Shown here piece by piece: positions 27,777-38,341 of a stretch of DNA of 64,000 nucleotides. The notes beneath the pieces were generated by a model, which was not told the DNA's origin, did no database searches, and was given only the letters and a program-made list of their open reading frames with translations. The translations under genes and the position numbers were made by a program. Every line of letters begins with the position of its first letter. Within the stretch, counting starts at the first letter, position 1. Source of the stretch: a virus (taxonomy: Duplodnaviria > Caudoviricetes); the IMG/VR virus record IMGVR_UViG_2767802067_000003, positions 1 to 64,000 of that record; one strand, given 5' to 3'.

Positions 27777-29021
27777 ATGGCCGTCGCCGCGTTCGCGCCA
27801 GCACGCCAATTCCTGGGAATCGCCGCGGAGGCCACCCCCGGCCAGCCCGTCGCGATGACCAACACCCTGACCGTGGCTCAGATCAAGCCGTCCGACAAGG
27901 TCACCTACCTCGAGGACAAGGCGCTGCGCGGCGTCATGTCCACCGAGTTCAACGAGATCCTCGGCGTCGGCAAGGCTGAGCTGGACATCAACAGCCCCGC
28001 GTTCGCCGACCAGCTGCCGTGGTGGTGCCGCAACATCCTGGGCGACGTCAGCGTTACCGGCACCCCGACCGGTACCGGCGCGACGACCCTCAGCGTCGCC
28101 GCGGCCGCCGGAGCGACCTCCTTCACCACGCAGGCCACCATCCCGGCCGGCACCCTGGTGCAGATCGGCACCGGTGCGAAGGCGGAGATCGTCACCACCG
28201 GCACCCCGACCGGCTCCGCCCCGAACTTCGTCATCCCCGTCACGGTGCCCGCCACCGGAGGCCTGGCCTACGCCCACAGCGTTGGCGACGCCGTCACCCC
28301 CGTCACCGGTCCGTACACCTACGCCTACAGTCTGCTCAACAGCGGCACCGGCCAGCCACCGTCCCACACCGTCACGCACTACCTCGGCCCGGGCAGCACC
28401 GGCGCCCGCCAGTACCCCGGCTTCGCAGCCTCCGAACTGGCGCTGAAGTTCGCCGTCGAGAGTGCGCTGCTGGAGTACACCGTCAAGGGCACCTCCTGGC
28501 CGTCGGTGCCCGCCGCGGTCGCCCCGCAGGCCGCGCCCGGCACGACCATCCCGCTGCCGTCATGGAGCACCACGATCGGCATCGGCGGGAGCGTTGCCGG
28601 ATCCCCGGTTGCGACGGTCTCCGAAGGCGAGATCACCCTCAAGCGCGAGCTGGGGGTCATCTACACCGCGACTGGCGTCCGCGTGCCGTACGTGATCCAG
28701 CGCGGCGGACTCACCGTCGAAGGCAAGTTCACGTTCTCTGCGGTCTCCGACGAGAGCCCCCTGCTGTACATGCTGACCAACAGCCAGCCCCAGGTGCAGG
28801 TCATCCACAGCAACGGGCTGACCGGCGTGAACATGCTCAAGATCCAGATCGACATGCAGCAGTGCGCGTTCACCGTCGCCGACCCGGACGCCGGTAAGAC
28901 CGCAGTCGGCTACACGACCACCTTCAAGCCCCTGCTGAACACGGCGAACGCCGGAGGCAGCGGCGGCTACTCCCAGATCAAGATCTCGATCACCTGCAAC
29001 GTCCCGCCCGGCAGCTTCTGA
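27777..29021 (+). CDS. Major tail tube protein
   Basis: GIAAEATPG start, LED..LRG, beta-rich; precedes the chaperone and tape measure. Confidence 0.8.
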   Translation: MAVAAFAPARQFLGIAAEATPGQPVAMTNTLTVAQIKPSDKVTYLEDKALRGVMSTEFNEILGVGKAELDINSPAFADQLPWWCRNILGDVSVTGTPTGTGATTLSVAAAAGATSFTTQATIPAGTLVQIGTGAKAEIVTTGTPTGSAPNFVIPVTVPATGGLAYAHSVGDAVTPVTGPYTYAYSLLNSGTGQPPSHTVTHYLGPGSTGARQYPGFAASELALKFAVESALLEYTVKGTSWPSVPAAVAPQAAPGTTIPLPSWSTTIGIGGSVAGSPVATVSEGEITLKRELGVIYTATGVRVPYVIQRGGLTVEGKFTFSAVSDESPLLYMLTNSQPQVQVIHSNGLTGVNMLKIQIDMQQCAFTVADPDAGKTAVGYTTTFKPLLNTANAGGSGGYSQIKISITCNVPPGSF

Positions 29022-29062
29022 TCCCGGCGCACCCCTCCCACCTCTCCGAAGGAGCCCCACCC

Positions 29063-29446
29063 ATGTCCGAGCAGCACCCCCTCGCCTCGCCCGACTCCTG
29101 GGTCGTCCTGCGGGACCCCAAGGAGCTCAAGGCCGGCGCGAAGAAGCGCATCCTGCGGTCCGTCCAGGACAGTGCCTCCAACATCTCCATGGGCCTGGAC
29201 GTCGCCGACGGCCTGATGGCCCTCCTGGTCGAGAACTGGCAGCTCCCGCGTCCCCTCCCGCTGCCGTCCGTGTCCCCGGACTCGCTGGACCTGATGGAGA
29301 TCGAGGACTACGACAAGCTCGCCGAGCTCATCCGCCCGGCGCAGCAGCTCCTCTTCCCGGGCAACCCCGACCCGACCGACGCGAAGGACCAGGCCGCGCA
29401 GGAAGCCGACCCCGCTTCCCCTACCGCGCCTACCGTCGCCTCGTAG
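29063..29446 (+). CDS. Tail assembly chaperone (G)
   Basis: Position after the tube gene; the -1 frame is open across its stop. Confidence 0.75.
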   Translation: MSEQHPLASPDSWVVLRDPKELKAGAKKRILRSVQDSASNISMGLDVADGLMALLVENWQLPRPLPLPSVSPDSLDLMEIEDYDKLAELIRPAQQLLFPGNPDPTDAKDQAAQEADPASPTAPTVAS

Positions 29447-29676
29447 CGGCCCTCGACCGTAGGCCCATCCCCGGCGAGCACCCCGCCACCCCGCTCGACG
29501 AGGCCGCATTCCCCTACGGCTGGTTCGCTCAAGTCCACCACTGGCCTCCGTCGGTGGTCGACGACCAGCCGTGGTGGCTGATCGAACAGCTCCCGGTCAT
29601 CGCCCGCGCGTACGCCGAAGTCGAAGAGGCCCGCCATGAACGGGCCCGGGCCGAGGCGGAAGCCCGGCACCGGTAG
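29440..29676 (+). CDS. Tail chaperone -1 frameshift extension (T), not in ORF track
   Basis: LVAALDRRPIPG...WPPSVVDDQPWWL...TAG with no start codon of its own; slip site not pinned down. Confidence 0.65.
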   Translation, partial: LVAALDRRPIPGEHPATPLDEAAFPYGWFAQVHHWPPSVVDDQPWWLIEQLPVIARAYAEVEEARHERARAEAEARHR

Positions 29677-29690
29677 CGGGAGGGAGGCCT

Positions 29691-30149
29691 GTGGGAGTCT
29701 CCCTGAGCGGCGGCGACGAGCTGCGCCGCGCCCTGACCGGCATCGGCGTCCGCGCCCAGGCCGCGACCCCGCTCGCCGTCGCTGAAGCCGCCGCCCTGTT
29801 CGCACACTCCGTCGAACGGCAGTTGACCCGCATGAGCCACGAGCGCGGGACACCGACGCCGTCCCGGCCTGGCGAACCACCCGCGATGGTTGTGCCCAGC
29901 ACCAGCCGGTCGTTGCACAACTCCCTCACCGTCCTCGGCCCCACCAGGACCAGTCCCGGCGAGTGGCTTGCCGTGACCGGCCCGACAGCCGCGTACGCCC
30001 GCATCCAGGAACTCGGTGGCGTCACCGGCCGCGGGCACGCGACGACCCTGCCACCTCGCCCCTACATGCGCGCTGCATACGACGAGGTCGCCCACGACCC
30101 CGCGCTGCGCGCCGCCTTCATCCGAGCCTGGGGCGCGGCACTCACCTGA
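29691..30149 (+). CDS. HK97 gp10 / virion-morphogenesis-like neck protein
   Basis: L..SL...YARIQELGG...LPPRPYM motif; sits between chaperone and tape measure. Confidence 0.7.
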   Translation: MGVSLSGGDELRRALTGIGVRAQAATPLAVAEAAALFAHSVERQLTRMSHERGTPTPSRPGEPPAMVVPSTSRSLHNSLTVLGPTRTSPGEWLAVTGPTAAYARIQELGGVTGRGHATTLPPRPYMRAAYDEVAHDPALRAAFIRAWGAALT

Positions 30150-30174
30150 CCCTCCGAACACGAGGAGGTGCCAG

Positions 30175-33100
30175 GTGTCTGACTCTCTCCTCCCTCCGGT
30201 CACCGCCGAGTTCCTCGGCAACGTCGCCCCACTGCTGTCCGCCATCGAGGCGGGCGTCGCCGCATTCGAGGACTTCGGCGCGTCGATACGAGCGATCGCC
30301 GCCCAGGTCGACCTCGTCTTCACGTCGGTGGGCGAGTCGGCCCGGGCCATGTCCGGCAGCCTGGCCGAGACCGGCGGCGTCACCGACGCGTCGTTGCAGG
30401 GCATCGCTGTCAGTGCCGAGGAGATGGCCGCCGCCGTCCAGACCAGCTCGGTGAAGGCCTCGACGTCGCTGTCAGCCGTCAGCGATTCCGCGCGGGCGAT
30501 GGCCACCAGCGTCACCGAGAGCAGCACCGCTACCGACACGTCGCTGCAGTCCATCGGCGCGAGCGCCGAGCGGATGGCCGTGTCTGTGCAGGCCGCGTCG
30601 GCAACGACCACCGAGTCCCTTACCGCCGTCGGTGCCGCCGCCCGCAACAGCGCGACGGCCACCGATGCCGCCTCCACCGCGTCCGCTGCTTCGGCCGGCG
30701 GCGCGATGGCCACCATCAACAACGTCGGCAAGGCCGTCACGGTCGCCGGCCTCGCCGGTGGCGCCGCGAGCGTCAAGATGGCCGCGGACTTCCAGAGCGC
30801 CACGATGGTCCTCGTCACCGCCGCTGGCGAGCAGGAAGCCAACCTCAACGCCGTCCGAGACGGCATCAAGAACATCGCCGCCGACACCGGTACCAGCTGG
30901 CACCAGGTGACCGAAGGCATGTACGAGGCCGAGAAGGCCGGCTACAAGTTCGCCAACGGCGGCCTGGACGTTGTCCGGGCCGCCGCGCAGGGCGCCCGTG
31001 AGGAAGGTGCCCCGCTGAACCAAGTCGTGGACGCCATGACCACGACGATGAACGACTACAACATCCCGGCGTCGAAGTCCGTCCAGGTCATGAACGCCCT
31101 GAAGACGGGCGCTGGAGAGGCCAAGACCAACTTCGGGCTGTTCGCTTCCTCGCTGTCCACCGTGCTGCCGTCCGCGTATGCCGCGCACGTGTCCTTCGAG
31201 GATGTCGTCGGTGACCTCGCGTCGATGACGACGAAGGGTGAGACCGCGCAGCACGCCGCGCAGCTCATGGCAGGCGCGATCCGTTCGCTCCAGTCACCGA
31301 ACTCCACGACGTCCGCGACCCTCCAGCAGCTGGGCCTGTCAGCCACTCAGGTCGCGCAGGACATGGGCAGCAAGGGCCTGTCCGGCGTCATGAACGAGAT
31401 CGTGGAGGCGATCGGGCGGCGCCTCGGTCCGTCCGGGCTCTACGCGGTCGGCGTGTTCAAGCAGTCTGCGTCGGCCGCGCAGGACGCCGCGAAGATGGTC
31501 TCGGCCATGCCGCCGGCCCTGCAGAAGCTCGCGCAGGCCTACGAGCAGGGCCAGATCTCCCAGAAGGAGTTCAAGCAGCAGGCCAAGGACCTGCCAGGCG
31601 CTCTCGCGGCGCAGGCCGAGCAGTTCCAGTCCTTGTGGGATAAGAGCCAGGGCTTCTCCGACCAGGTCAAGGCCGGTAACCCCGAGCTGACCACCTTCTC
31701 CGACCTGCTGCGCAAGGCAACCGGTGGCCAGTCCGGTCTTCAGACCGCGCTGATGCTGACCAGCGAGGACGGCAAGAAGACCAAGGAAAGCATCGAGGCC
31801 GTCAGCAAGTCGTTCAACGACGGCGGCCACGAGGTCGAGGGCTGGACCGCGACCAACGAGCAGATGACCGTCCAGATGGCCAAGCTCAAGCAGGGCCTCG
31901 AAGTCACGGCCATCAGCATCGGCGAGAAGCTGATTCCGCCGATCTCCGCGATCCTCGGGTTCTTCCAGCAGAACTCGACAGCAGCCGGCGTCCTCGCCGA
32001 CGTCGTGGCGGGCGGCCTGTCCGCCGCGTTCACCGTCTTCGCCGTGAACAAGATCGCCGGGGTGGCCAAGGGCGTCCAAGGCCTGATCGGCGACATGGCG
32101 TCCGGTGCTCGAGCCGCCGCCCAGTTCGCGTCTGCGGTGGCGGGCGCTCAGGTCGGCGAGAACGCCGGAGGAGCGGCCCGGGCCGGCGCCGCGGTGCGCT
32201 CTGGGGCAACCGCGGTTGCCTCCACCGTCTCCAGCGGCACGCAGAAACTCGCGTCAGGCGTCGCCAGCGGCGGCCAGGCCGCCGCAGCATGGATCGGCAC
32301 CGCCTCCCGCAACGCCGCGGACCTCGCTGTCAACATCGGGCGGGCCACCGCGGCGGGCGCCGCATCCGCGTGGAGCGGCATGGTCCAGGGCGCAGCCGCC
32401 GTCGGCGGGGCGCTGAAGACAGCGGCCGTTGCCGCAGCTGAGTACGCGCTCAGAGCGGGCGAGGTCGCGCTTGCCTCAGCCCGTTCCGCGATCGCGTTCG
32501 TCGCGGAGAAGGTCGCCATGGTGGCCTCCACCGTCGCCGAGGGCGCGATGACGGCAGCCCAGTGGCTGCTGAACCTCGCGATGGACGCCAACCCGATCGG
32601 GCTGGTCGTCCTCGCCCTGGCCGCGATCGTGGGCGGTTTGATCTACGCCTACAACCACGTCACGTGGTTCCGCGTCGGAGTGCAGGCCGCCCTGAAGCTC
32701 GTCGTTGAGGCCTTCGACTGGCTCGTGTCGGGCGGTGAGCGTGCCATCGGCTATCTGGCCAGGCTGCCCGGGATGGTCGTCAGCTTCTTCTCTGGTGCTG
32801 GGTCCTGGCTGATCGACGCCGGAAAGAACCTGCTGATCGGCCTGTACAACGGCGTGATCTCGATGAGCGCCTGGCTCGCCTCGAAGCTCACGGGTCTCAT
32901 CAAGGACATCGTCCCCGGACCGGTCCTGAGGGTCCTCGGGATCCACTCGCCGTCGCGGGTGTTCCACGAGATCGGAATGCACGTCGCCACGGGTCTTGCC
33001 AACGGCATCGTCGCCGGTAGCGACCCCGTCTCCGAGGCCGCCACGGGCCTGGCGCAGAACGTCATCACCAGCGCCCAGGGCATCACCACGGACGCCGTGC

Positions 33101-33336
33101 GCGTCACCGCCTCGGTCGCGGCTGCCGCCGGGCGGCCCGCTGGTCCGGTCGCCGTCGGCACCCTGCCATCGGGCACCTCAGCCGCCGGCGGAGGGCCGGT
33201 CCACGTCACCCATAACTGGAACATCACCGTGCAGGGCTCGGCCGTGACGACCAAGCAGCTCGCGGACGACATCGAGACGGAGTGGCTGCGCCGCGGTATG
33301 CGCAACTCCACCACCTACCCCGCCTACCGGCGCTGA
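30175..33336 (+). CDS. Tail tape measure protein
   Basis: About 1050 aa, Ala-rich helical; MDANPIGLVV and LGIHSPSRVF motifs. Confidence 0.92.
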   Translation: MSDSLLPPVTAEFLGNVAPLLSAIEAGVAAFEDFGASIRAIAAQVDLVFTSVGESARAMSGSLAETGGVTDASLQGIAVSAEEMAAAVQTSSVKASTSLSAVSDSARAMATSVTESSTATDTSLQSIGASAERMAVSVQAASATTTESLTAVGAAARNSATATDAASTASAASAGGAMATINNVGKAVTVAGLAGGAASVKMAADFQSATMVLVTAAGEQEANLNAVRDGIKNIAADTGTSWHQVTEGMYEAEKAGYKFANGGLDVVRAAAQGAREEGAPLNQVVDAMTTTMNDYNIPASKSVQVMNALKTGAGEAKTNFGLFASSLSTVLPSAYAAHVSFEDVVGDLASMTTKGETAQHAAQLMAGAIRSLQSPNSTTSATLQQLGLSATQVAQDMGSKGLSGVMNEIVEAIGRRLGPSGLYAVGVFKQSASAAQDAAKMVSAMPPALQKLAQAYEQGQISQKEFKQQAKDLPGALAAQAEQFQSLWDKSQGFSDQVKAGNPELTTFSDLLRKATGGQSGLQTALMLTSEDGKKTKESIEAVSKSFNDGGHEVEGWTATNEQMTVQMAKLKQGLEVTAISIGEKLIPPISAILGFFQQNSTAAGVLADVVAGGLSAAFTVFAVNKIAGVAKGVQGLIGDMASGARAAAQFASAVAGAQVGENAGGAARAGAAVRSGATAVASTVSSGTQKLASGVASGGQAAAAWIGTASRNAADLAVNIGRATAAGAASAWSGMVQGAAAVGGALKTAAVAAAEYALRAGEVALASARSAIAFVAEKVAMVASTVAEGAMTAAQWLLNLAMDANPIGLVVLALAAIVGGLIYAYNHVTWFRVGVQAALKLVVEAFDWLVSGGERAIGYLARLPGMVVSFFSGAGSWLIDAGKNLLIGLYNGVISMSAWLASKLTGLIKDIVPGPVLRVLGIHSPSRVFHEIGMHVATGLANGIVAGSDPVSEAATGLAQNVITSAQGITTDAVRVTASVAAAAGRPAGPVAVGTLPSGTSAAGGGPVHVTHNWNITVQGSAVTTKQLADDIETEWLRRGMRNSTTYPAYRR

Positions 33337-33358
33337 CCCCACGACAGGAGGCGCCGGT

Positions 33359-36300
33359 ATGGCGAAGCTCTCCGCACTTCAGGACCCGTTCACCTCGCCC
33401 GGTCTCAACACCGCCCTGTGGAATGCAAGCAGCGTCGCGGCCTGCACCGTCGATCCGGTCAACCAGTTGGTGCAGGTCGCGGTCCCCACCGGCGCGAACA
33501 CCTACAACACCGTCGGGTCGGCGCCGTGGGACGCGACCGGTTCCAGCATCCATGCGGAGATCACCCCGGCGCCCAACGGCAACGGCGGCACGCTCACGAT
33601 CTTCAGGCTCGCCGCAGACGGCAGCAACTGGATCAACGCGCAGCTCGCTGCAAGCGGCGTGTTCAGCCTGCGGCTGCAGGTCGCCGGAGTGTTCACCACC
33701 ACGCCGCTGCCGACCTACAACCCTGACACGCACCGCTGGTGGAAGCTCTCCGAAGCGAACGGCTCGTTCACCTTCTCCACCAGCCCGGACGGCCGTGCCT
33801 GGACGGCTCAGGCCACCATCGCCCATGCCTTCCCGGTGACCGGGGTGCAGTTCTTCTTCCAGACCGGCGCGACGGACAGCGAGCCGGCCGGGATGGTCGC
33901 CACCATCCGCAACGTCAACACCATCAGCGCGCAGCCCAACAACCCGAACTGGCCGACGATCGAACACGGCTGGGGAGCATCGCTGGGCGTCCAGGGTGGC
34001 AACGTCCCCTTGAACAACTACGTCGACGTCTCCAATCTCACACGCAACCAGGTCGCCTCCAGCCGAGGCAAGCAATACGAGCTCGACCAGATCCGCAGCG
34101 GCGAGCTGCGCCTGCAGCTCGACAACAACGACGGCCGGTTCGACCCCCTCAACGCCGCCGGGCCGTACTACGGCCACGTCCATCCCTACCAGCCGTACCG
34201 GTTGCGCGCGCAGTGGCCGCCGACCCGCAACTTGCTGCGACAGTCTCAGGCCACCGGTGGAGACGTCGGCGGCTACTCGCTCGGAACGCTCGACACCAGC
34301 GACAACGGCCCGGGAATCTACTCGCGCACCGACAGCGGCGGGGGCGCCTTCGTCGCCTCCAGCTCAGCCTGGGCTGGCGGCACCGTAGCCCAGTTCGCGG
34401 TACCCGCCTCAACCGCCGGCTCGACCGCCGTCGCCTACATCCAGCAGCCCAGCTTCGAGCCCGGCGCGACGTACAGCGCGCAGATGCAGGTCCGGAACGT
34501 CACGGCTGGCACCACGGTTCCGCTCTACCTGGCGCTGCGCTTCTTCAGCGCGGACGGCAGCACCCTGCTGCAGATGGTCCAGGGCACGACCATCACTCTC
34601 ACAGGAGCCACCGCAGCGTCCTGGACACGCTTCACCGTCACCGGCACCGCCCCCGCCGGAACCGCCTTCTGCGCCGTCTCGCTTCGCACGAACGCCTCCC
34701 CGTCGGCGTCGTGCAACGTCCAGGTCGACGGCTGGCAACTCGAGCGGGCCGCCGCCCCGTCAGCCTGGTGCGCTCCAGGTACCTGGTACCCGATCTACAG
34801 CGGCTTCACCGAGCGCTGGGGCTCCAGCTGGGGGCTGTCGGGCACGTACGGGCAGACCCAGGTCACGGGCGTGGACACGCTCAGTCTCCTCTCGCAGGTC
34901 ACCCTCTCCGACCCGTGCTCCGAGGAGATCAAGTCCTACACACCTCGGTTCCTGTACCGGCTGGACGACCCACAGGGTGCCGCCACCTTCGCCGACAGCA
35001 TGGGCAACTACCGGCCCGCGACGCTCTACATCTCCAAGAACGGGCCCGGAACTCTCACCACGGGCAACAGCGTGACCGCGAAGGACCCCGTGAACGGCGT
35101 CTTCGCCGGCTCGGGCGGGACCGTCATGACGATCAACAACCCGAGCCCAGGGCAGGCCGGTGCCTTCGCTGGCTCGGCGCTCTGCCTGTCCGATGCAGGC
35201 ATCACTGGCCCGGCGAACCCGGCACTGTTCAGCCGCCTCATCGCGTTCCGTTACACCGGCCCCGTTCCCCCGACCGTCACGTACGTCTGGGTGGGGACGG
35301 ACGGCCAGATGACCAACGATCAGTTCATCGGTTCCAAGCTGGCCCTCGGGATCGACTCCAGCGGCCACCCGATCATGGTGGTCACCGGCCCCACGAACCA
35401 CGGTTCGAGCTGCCTGCTGGCCGACCAGAACGGAAACATTCCCAACGTCGCTGACGGCAACTGGCACCTGGCGATCTTCGGCTACAACCAGCAGAACCAG
35501 CAGCTCCTCGCCTCCATCGACGGCGGCAACGCCTACCTCGGCAACATCCCGAACGACGCTGCCCCGACCGGCATCGTCTTCGAGAGCGTCGGCGGATTCG
35601 CCAACTGGGTCATCGGCGGCCCCTTCCAGGGAAACTTCCAAGGTGACCTCGCCTTCATCGGTGAGTTCACGCAGTGGTTCGGCGCCGACGACTGCCTGAA
35701 CTTCTACAACGCGTGGAAGAACGCCTTCGCGGGCGAATCCAGCGACGCCCGCTACCAGCGGATCCTTGACTACGCCGGGTACCAGGGTGCACGCAGCATC
35801 GACACGGGCCAGACCCGAAGCCTGTCCGGGGCCAAGTTCTCCGGCCAGGACGCCCTGGCTGCCCTCGAAGACGTGGTGGCGACCGAGAACGGGCAACACT
35901 ACGTCAACCGGACAGGTGCCATCACCTTCAAGTCCCGCGCTGCCCGGTACAACGCCACGACCCCCGTGTACACGTTCGGGGAGAACCAGGCTGGCGGGGA
36001 ATGGCCGTATGAGGAAGCCGGCCTCGAGCTGGATGCGACCCACATCAGCAACGAAGTCCGGGTCACCCAGCAGTCCAGCCAGCAGGTCTTCAGCGCCCAG
36101 GACACGGCGAGCGTCGCCGCGTACTTCCCCCGCACGATGACGCGCACCAGCTACGCCAGCAGCACCTTGGAAATCCAGGACAGCGCCAACTATCTGCTGT
36201 CGCGGTACAAGCAGCCAGCGCCTCGAGTCACGACACTGACCCTCCACCCCTCGGCGATGCCCGCGATGTGGCCGGTCTGCCTCTCTCTGGAGCTCGGTAT

Positions 36301-36796
36301 GCGCGTACGCGTGATGCGCAGGCCGCAAGGCGCTCCGCCGATCCAGGCGGACTGCTACATCGAGAAGATCGACTGGTCGTTCAACGACCAGACCGACGCC
36401 ACGGTGACGCTCCAGTGCAGCCCTGCCGACCTGACCCCGTACGCCGTCTTCGCGGCGTTCCACACCACGCTCGCGTCGCCCGTCACGGCCGGAGCGACCA
36501 CGGTCACCATCAAGGCCGGTCAGGACAACGTGAACCCCGCCCGGGCGCAGCTGGCCGCCGGTCAGCAGCTGGTGCTCGGCCAAGGCACACCCATGGCGGA
36601 GACCGTCACCATCGCACCTGGCGGTGTTCCCGCCACCACCTCCGGTTGGACGACATGCGTCCTGACGCTCACCTCGGCAGTGACGAATGCCCACAGTACG
36701 GGCGACCCCGTGTGTGAACCCCTCCCCAGCGGAGTGTCCGACCCGACCACCTGGGACAAGGTCTCGCAGTTCGACTCGACCGCGTTCGCCTACTAG
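33359..36796 (+). CDS. Large tail hub / baseplate protein with LamG- and CBM-like domains
   Basis: Follows TMP; L.LDNxDGRFDP, VDGWQLE, DGNWH, F..R..R hub motifs. Confidence 0.8.
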   Translation: MAKLSALQDPFTSPGLNTALWNASSVAACTVDPVNQLVQVAVPTGANTYNTVGSAPWDATGSSIHAEITPAPNGNGGTLTIFRLAADGSNWINAQLAASGVFSLRLQVAGVFTTTPLPTYNPDTHRWWKLSEANGSFTFSTSPDGRAWTAQATIAHAFPVTGVQFFFQTGATDSEPAGMVATIRNVNTISAQPNNPNWPTIEHGWGASLGVQGGNVPLNNYVDVSNLTRNQVASSRGKQYELDQIRSGELRLQLDNNDGRFDPLNAAGPYYGHVHPYQPYRLRAQWPPTRNLLRQSQATGGDVGGYSLGTLDTSDNGPGIYSRTDSGGGAFVASSSAWAGGTVAQFAVPASTAGSTAVAYIQQPSFEPGATYSAQMQVRNVTAGTTVPLYLALRFFSADGSTLLQMVQGTTITLTGATAASWTRFTVTGTAPAGTAFCAVSLRTNASPSASCNVQVDGWQLERAAAPSAWCAPGTWYPIYSGFTERWGSSWGLSGTYGQTQVTGVDTLSLLSQVTLSDPCSEEIKSYTPRFLYRLDDPQGAATFADSMGNYRPATLYISKNGPGTLTTGNSVTAKDPVNGVFAGSGGTVMTINNPSPGQAGAFAGSALCLSDAGITGPANPALFSRLIAFRYTGPVPPTVTYVWVGTDGQMTNDQFIGSKLALGIDSSGHPIMVVTGPTNHGSSCLLADQNGNIPNVADGNWHLAIFGYNQQNQQLLASIDGGNAYLGNIPNDAAPTGIVFESVGGFANWVIGGPFQGNFQGDLAFIGEFTQWFGADDCLNFYNAWKNAFAGESSDARYQRILDYAGYQGARSIDTGQTRSLSGAKFSGQDALAALEDVVATENGQHYVNRTGAITFKSRAARYNATTPVYTFGENQAGGEWPYEEAGLELDATHISNEVRVTQQSSQQVFSAQDTASVAAYFPRTMTRTSYASSTLEIQDSANYLLSRYKQPAPRVTTLTLHPSAMPAMWPVCLSLELGMRVRVMRRPQGAPPIQADCYIEKIDWSFNDQTDATVTLQCSPADLTPYAVFAAFHTTLASPVTAGATTVTIKAGQDNVNPARAQLAAGQQLVLGQGTPMAETVTIAPGGVPATTSGWTTCVLTLTSAVTNAHSTGDPVCEPLPSGVSDPTTWDKVSQFDSTAFAY

Positions 36797-36892
36797 CCGC
36801 ATGCGCGAAGCCGCGCCACCACCGCCCCGGCCGCCAGCCCGGCCGGGGCTTCTGCCTGAGGCCTTGCGTGTCGCATCGAGAGGAGGACCAGC

Positions 36893-37414
36893 GTGGCGCT
36901 TTCCCTTCCGGCCCTGGCATCGCAGGTCCCAGGGAACTTCATCACCAGCGCGACGTGGAACGCCAACGTCTACACCCCGTTGTCGTTCCTGCTCAACCGA
37001 CCCGTGTTCCGCGGTGTCCAGGCAGCGGCCCAGTCCATTCCGAACACGACCGTGACACCGGTGGCGATCGATACGACCGTCATCGACACCTACGGGGGCC
37101 ACTCCAACACCGTCAACAACAGTCGCTACACCGCGCAGATCGCCGGCTGGTATCTGCTCATCGGCTCGGTCGGGATGGGCACCAGCAGCAGCGGCGCCCG
37201 TCTGGCACGCCTCCACAAGAACGGCTCGCTCATCGCGGCAAGCCAGTTCGGCATCCCGAACCCCTCCTGGGACATCACCACCGCCATCCAGACCCTGGCC
37301 ATCGTCCAGCTCGCAGTCGGCGACTACGTCGAAGTAGCGGCCTACCAGGCCAGCGGTGGGGCGCTGACCACCAACGGAGACTGCGCGCTCACTGTCCTCT
37401 GGATCCACGCCTAG
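36893..37414 (+). CDS. Tail fibre/receptor-binding-like protein, cassette A1
   Basis: PGNFITSAxWNAxVY N-terminus; DTYGG, RYT, GWY, GDYVEV jelly-roll (C1q-like) pattern. Confidence 0.7.
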   Translation: MALSLPALASQVPGNFITSATWNANVYTPLSFLLNRPVFRGVQAAAQSIPNTTVTPVAIDTTVIDTYGGHSNTVNNSRYTAQIAGWYLLIGSVGMGTSSSGARLARLHKNGSLIAASQFGIPNPSWDITTAIQTLAIVQLAVGDYVEVAAYQASGGALTTNGDCALTVLWIHA

Positions 37415-37423
37415 GAGGCCCAG

Positions 37424-37753
37424 TTGCTCCTCCTCGACTCCACGAACATCAGCCGACCGCCGCAGAGCCACTGCTGGGTCCCCAATTGCACCGCGGCAAC
37501 CGCCGTTCAGTGGCGCCGCCGCCACTCCGCCGGCGCCGACGACGTGCAGGCGGTGTTCGCCTGTACGGCCCACGCGATCAGCCTCGACGGAGCTACCCAC
37601 ATTCACCAGCCGCAGTGCGTCGCTGATCCGGCCCGCCTACCGGCCTGCGGCTGCATGCCGGAGCCGCTGCCCGCTGCGGCTCCGGTTGCTCCACGAGCTC
37701 GGCCAGCCGCCGACCTGCCGCCCGCCTGGGCCGCCCCCGCGCCGCGTACCTGA
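37424..37753 (+). CDS. Cys/His-rich partner protein, cassette B1
   Basis: C...AxVQWRRR...ACxxHAIS...IHxxxC...LPxCxCxPEP. Confidence 0.7.
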   Translation: MLLLDSTNISRPPQSHCWVPNCTAATAVQWRRRHSAGADDVQAVFACTAHAISLDGATHIHQPQCVADPARLPACGCMPEPLPAAAPVAPRARPAADLPPAWAAPAPRT

Positions 37754-37804
37754 CCGACCGCCACCCCCACAACCGGCCTGGCCAATTCAGAGAGGAGGAG
37801 CAAC

Positions 37805-38341
37805 GTGGGCCTTGCCGTTCCAACTCTGGCATCAGAGATCCCCGGCAACTTCATCACCAGTGCATTGTGGAATGCCAGCGTCTACTCCCCGCTGACGTTC
37901 CTTCTGAACCCGCCGACCTTCGTCGGGTACCAATCCACCAGTCAGTCTCTGAGCAATCAGAACTGGACGCCGCTGAACATAGACACGGTCTCCAGCGATC
38001 CCTACGGCGGCCATTCCTCCACCAGCAACACCTCGCGCTACACCTGCCAAGCGGGTGCGGGCGGCTGGTACACGGCATGCGGAGTCTACGCGCCGATCGG
38101 CAACAGCAACGGCTTTCGCGCAGTCAAATTGCAGGTCAACGGAACAGCTGTTCTCGGAGCCGCTGCATACCTTCCCGCGATGGGACCGGAAATTGGTCTC
38201 GTGACACCGGTCAAGGATATTTTCCTGAAACCGGGAGACTACATTGAGGTGTGCGGCTGGCAGAGCTCCGGCGGAGCACTTGGAACCGTTCTCGATTCCG
38301 ACCTGCGGACCGGATTGTGGGTGAGGTTCTCCCATGTCTGA
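37805..38341 (+). CDS. Tail fibre-like protein, cassette A2
   Basis: Paralogue of A1; visibly lower GC3 in its 3' half. Confidence 0.7.
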   Translation: MGLAVPTLASEIPGNFITSALWNASVYSPLTFLLNPPTFVGYQSTSQSLSNQNWTPLNIDTVSSDPYGGHSSTSNTSRYTCQAGAGGWYTACGVYAPIGNSNGFRAVKLQVNGTAVLGAAAYLPAMGPEIGLVTPVKDIFLKPGDYIEVCGWQSSGGALGTVLDSDLRTGLWVRFSHV

